A stretch of 64,000 nt of DNA, from positions 60,202,001-60,266,000 of the forward strand of contig OZ076416.1 in NCBI GenBank assembly GCA_964187785.1, read 5' to 3'. Below, piece after piece: positions 61,209 to 64,000 of this stretch. The first letter of the stretch is position 1; the number at the start of each line of letters is the position of its first letter. This DNA comes from Amphiscolops sp. MND2022 (taxonomy: Eukaryota). A program made the translations under genes and the position numbers. The notes under the pieces are model-generated. The model made no database searches. It saw nothing but the letters and a program-made list of their open reading frames with translations, and had not been told where the DNA came from.

Positions 61209-64000
61209 CTAAAGCTTGGGACCGGGCCGCTTTGTAGCCCTTTCTCTCACCATACCTCCTGTGGCATAGGACATTCTATGTACGCGTGACATGTGGTTCA
61301 CGATGCCTTTCAGAGTTGGGAGCTCTTTGGGGCAGCCGGGAAACCGACACTTCACTTTGGGAGTTTCACTACCCCTCCGGGTGGGTCTACCTGTCATCGC
61401 GATGTCAGGACCCTTTGAGGCAGCTACTAATCCCTGTGCATAGGTGTCCGAGCTTAACAGGGTGATATTATCGGTGTTGTTGAGGATCTCAGAGCATCTA
61501 GGATCTACGGTGATCAAGCCTACCCTATTTGCTTGAGTGTTCCTCATTTCGACAGATCCGGTAGGATTACTCCGAAGAGCTCTCCTTCGTTTATGTCCGT
61601 TGAAGTTTGATGCCTGGGGTGGACTACTGGCACTGGGGCCGGTATGCGGATCATCAGGGACTTCAGAAGCTTCACCATTCACTGAGGTATACACAAAGGT
61701 GTTACCTAGGAAGGATCCACTTTTGTGGTTTTTCTGCAAGTGCGATTTGAGCCAGCCTTTAGTTTTAAAGGACTTACTACAATTTGTCATTGGACATCCA
61801 AAAGAGGTTGCCTTTTGTAGATCAAATTGTACACTTTGTGCCGATAGAGATGTGTGGTCTCTGAGAGTGTGTCTATTCTGTTCTTTGGCTTCGGCGAATG
61901 TCAAGTTACAACCCTCAAAAGGGCATTCTAGTGTGTGCGTTCTTGTTCCCACTATGGGAACGTCACACACTATTTTTTGACATCTGAAGCCTACTCGAAA
62001 TGGCGCATCAATCCAGTCTGAGGTTAAGCCGAAGCTAAGCACATCGCGTTCAAGCTGTTTCATCCAGCATCGCTGCCAGACTTTGGAATCATTGACTGTG
62101 CCTAGGACTGACTCAGTCCCGAGGGATTTGAGACTGTACCATAGGTTTAGTCTTCTGATTCCCAGCTCTATGCGGATGTCCCTCAGCTGAATTAGCTCAG
62201 CCAGATGAGCACATCTGATTCCCCGTTTGTCCTGTACTCGCAGGATCATTCTACGGGCTTTATTAAGAACAGCATTTAACTTAGACAAGTCACTCTCGCG
62301 AGTCACACCAGTTTCAAGACCATAGAGGAGTATTGGCTTGATAAAGACTTCGACCAGGCTCGCTTTTACTTTAAAACTCAAAGATCCGTTTACAAGTGCA
62401 GCTCTTAATTTTACAAGTCCAATTCTCGCTTTCATGCAGTTATTTCTAATTAAGCTTGCCTGATCGTTGTCAGAATCAATTATACAACCCAAATAGTTGA
62501 AACTTTTGACTTGTTCTATCGGTCCGTCAGGTAGCTTAAAGTCAGACTGTGGCTTGTTTGTGCTCCCACCCACAATTAAGCACTTAGTCTTTTTGACAGA
62601 AATTTCCATGCCAAACTTCCTAATCTCATTGTTCAGATTCTGCAGTTTTAAGTGCATCGTCTTTTCGTCATATGCTATCAACACTAGGTCGTCAGCGTAT
62701 GCGAGGTGATCAATGAGGTAGGAGCCTCGATCCGCGCAATTCAATGATTTCCTGCATAAGTAGTCCATTGCAATGTTGAAAAGGAAGGGTCCCACAACAC
62801 ACCCTTGTCTTACACCTCTTTCAACTGCAAAGCGACTCTTAGAGGTTATCTCTCCATATGGAGTTGTGTGAATTGCTTCAACCAAATTGCGCACAACTGG
62901 TGCTAAGCCAAGGTCTGCCAGTGTTTTGAATAGTAGAGGTCTGTCTACTGTATCAAAAGCTTTGACTAAGTCTATAAACACTAGGTACATGCACTTTTTT
63001 AGGTCTCTGGCCCTTTGTATCAGGTTTCGCAGGGTCCAAACGGCCTGTGCTGTACTTCGTTGTTTACGGAAGCCAAACTGGTAGGGGTCCATTCTCGTGC
63101 CATAGAAGTTAAGGAGCCTGCGATACACTATTCGACAAAAGAGCTTACCTATGGAGTCTAACAGGAAGATTCCTCGGTAATTGCTTGGATCCTTGCGATC
63201 CCCTTTTTTGAATAGAGATATCACTTTAGCATCCTTGTACCTCTGAGGCACAGAGTCTGGGTTGTCCCAATGAACTTGGAATAGTTCCAGAAGTGGCCCT
63301 ACTAGCAAATCCGAAAAGGTTTTCAGAAGGTCCGTTGTGATCCCGCTCAAGCCCGGTGCCTTGCCTCTCTTACTTTGCGTTAGAGCGACTTGGACATCGT
63401 ACTGAGTGGGGCCGTCAGGCTCTTCATCAACCAAGTCACATACATGAGGGAGTGCTCTCACCAACTGTGTCTGTGTTCCTCTACCGTCATCATTAGTAGG
63501 ATTCGCGGATAGGCGCCGCTCCTCCACTAACTCTTGTTGGGGATTAACAGACTCAGAAGGTGCCAGGGGGGTCTGGGTAGTGAGAGTCGCGGTACTCTCT
63601 ATGCCGTCTTCCCCTGGAGCCTGTCTGGCCTTAAAGAGTTCACTATAGTGTCGGCAGAAATCCTGTTTCGAGGGTCCGTCGCTCTTCCGTCCCCTCTCAA
63701 ACCAGGAGATGTTAATGGATCTCAAGGTTACCTTCAGTTGCCTGTAGGCTCCTCTTAAGTCTCCATTATCCTTCATTCTAGCGAACTCGGCCAGATCGGC
63801 TTCTAAAGCCTTCTCTCTAGCATTTTTTGTGACCGTTTTTGCTAGCTGGTTATTGGTTTTTAGGATCTGAGCTAAGGCTGGGTTTTTTCTGTCCTGAAGG
63901 TATGTTCTGTACGCGATTTCACGCTTTCTCAGTATTCCCCAGCCTTCTGGGGTGATAAAGCGCGCCCAACAATCAGTTTTGACTACTGGTGTGTCCACTA
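61209..64000 (-). CDS. RTE-like non-LTR retrotransposon ORF: RT plus three C-terminal C2H2 zinc fingers; uninterrupted and open past the window edge
   Basis: At least 929 codons without a stop; KAPG, NYRGIFLL, QFGFR..RST, FIDLVKAFDTVDR, GVRQGC, YADDLVL, FNYLG, PILLYGLET; three C-x4-C-x12-H-x4-H motifs; the listed start is a GTG and the partial upstream codon (NTA) cannot be a stop. Confidence 0.93.
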   Translation of the reverse strand, partial: VDTPVVKTDCWARFITPEGWGILRKREIAYRTYLQDRKNPALAQILKTNNQLAKTVTKNAREKALEADLAEFARMKDNGDLRGAYRQLKVTLRSINISWFERGRKSDGPSKQDFCRHYSELFKARQAPGEDGIESTATLTTQTPLAPSESVNPQQELVEERRLSANPTNDDGRGTQTQLVRALPHVCDLVDEEPDGPTQYDVQVALTQSKRGKAPGLSGITTDLLKTFSDLLVGPLLELFQVHWDNPDSVPQRYKDAKVISLFKKGDRKDPSNYRGIFLLDSIGKLFCRIVYRRLLNFYGTRMDPYQFGFRKQRSTAQAVWTLRNLIQRARDLKKCMYLVFIDLVKAFDTVDRPLLFKTLADLGLAPVVRNLVEAIHTTPYGEITSKSRFAVERGVRQGCVVGPFLFNIAMDYLCRKSLNCADRGSYLIDHLAYADDLVLIAYDEKTMHLKLQNLNNEIRKFGMEISVKKTKCLIVGGSTNKPQSDFKLPDGPIEQVKSFNYLGCIIDSDNDQASLIRNNCMKARIGLVKLRAALVNGSLSFKVKASLVEVFIKPILLYGLETGVTRESDLSKLNAVLNKARRMILRVQDKRGIRCAHLAELIQLRDIRIELGIRRLNLWYSLKSLGTESVLGTVNDSKVWQRCWMKQLERDVLSFGLTSDWIDAPFRVGFRCQKIVCDVPIVGTRTHTLECPFEGCNLTFAEAKEQNRHTLRDHTSLSAQSVQFDLQKATSFGCPMTNCSKSFKTKGWLKSHLQKNHKSGSFLGNTFVYTSVNGEASEVPDDPHTGPSASSPPQASNFNGHKRRRALRSNPTGSVEMRNTQANRVGLITVDPRCSEILNNTDNITLLSSDTYAQGLVAASKGPDIAMTGRPTRRGSETPKVKCRFPGCPKELPTLKGIVNHMSRVHRMSYATGGMVRERATKRPGPKL

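Noticed and set aside
61537-61980. 147-aa plus-strand ORF and other antisense ORFs over the LINE and LTR elements
   Set aside because: These are shadow frames of real or decayed coding regions with no recognisable motifs.
193-64000. Uni-strand piRNA-cluster-like arrangement of TE remnants
   Set aside because: Orientations are mixed (Gypsy A-C and BEL plus; CR1, Gypsy D and RTE minus), and cluster status cannot be judged without small-RNA data.

Overview
Eukaryotic, transposon-saturated window, probably from an invertebrate metazoan (TTAGGG tract, tRNA-primed LTR elements). I could not support any host gene. Main contents: (A) a ~16 kb decayed Ty3/Gypsy element (193-16222) with gag, pol, ~3.6 kb of tandem accessory ORF remnants after pol, and a piece of its own LTR/PBS/leader copied into pol; (B) a three-copy tandem array of a decayed CR1-like LINE RT (20078-24512); (C) a second Gypsy (24640-31272) with a complex internal duplication; (D) a third, heavily decayed Gypsy (35958-41334); (E) a BEL/Pao element with a perfect GAGAT target-site duplication (41596-48295) carrying tRNA-like Pol III promoter cassettes in both LTRs and in its 3' non-coding region; (F) the 3' part of a minus-strand Gypsy (50583-53021) whose presumed pol ends in an OARD1/TARG1-like macrodomain; (G) an uninterrupted RTE-like LINE ORF with three C-terminal C2H2 zinc fingers (61209 to the window edge). 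There are also MITEs, DINE-1/HINE-like elements and simple repeats. Best candidates for new biology: stop-start-coupled accessory ORFs in two related Gypsy elements, the Gypsy macrodomain, and the Pol III cassettes in the BEL element. All identities are by-eye estimates, and decayed ORFs were reconstructed by bridging stops and frameshifts.
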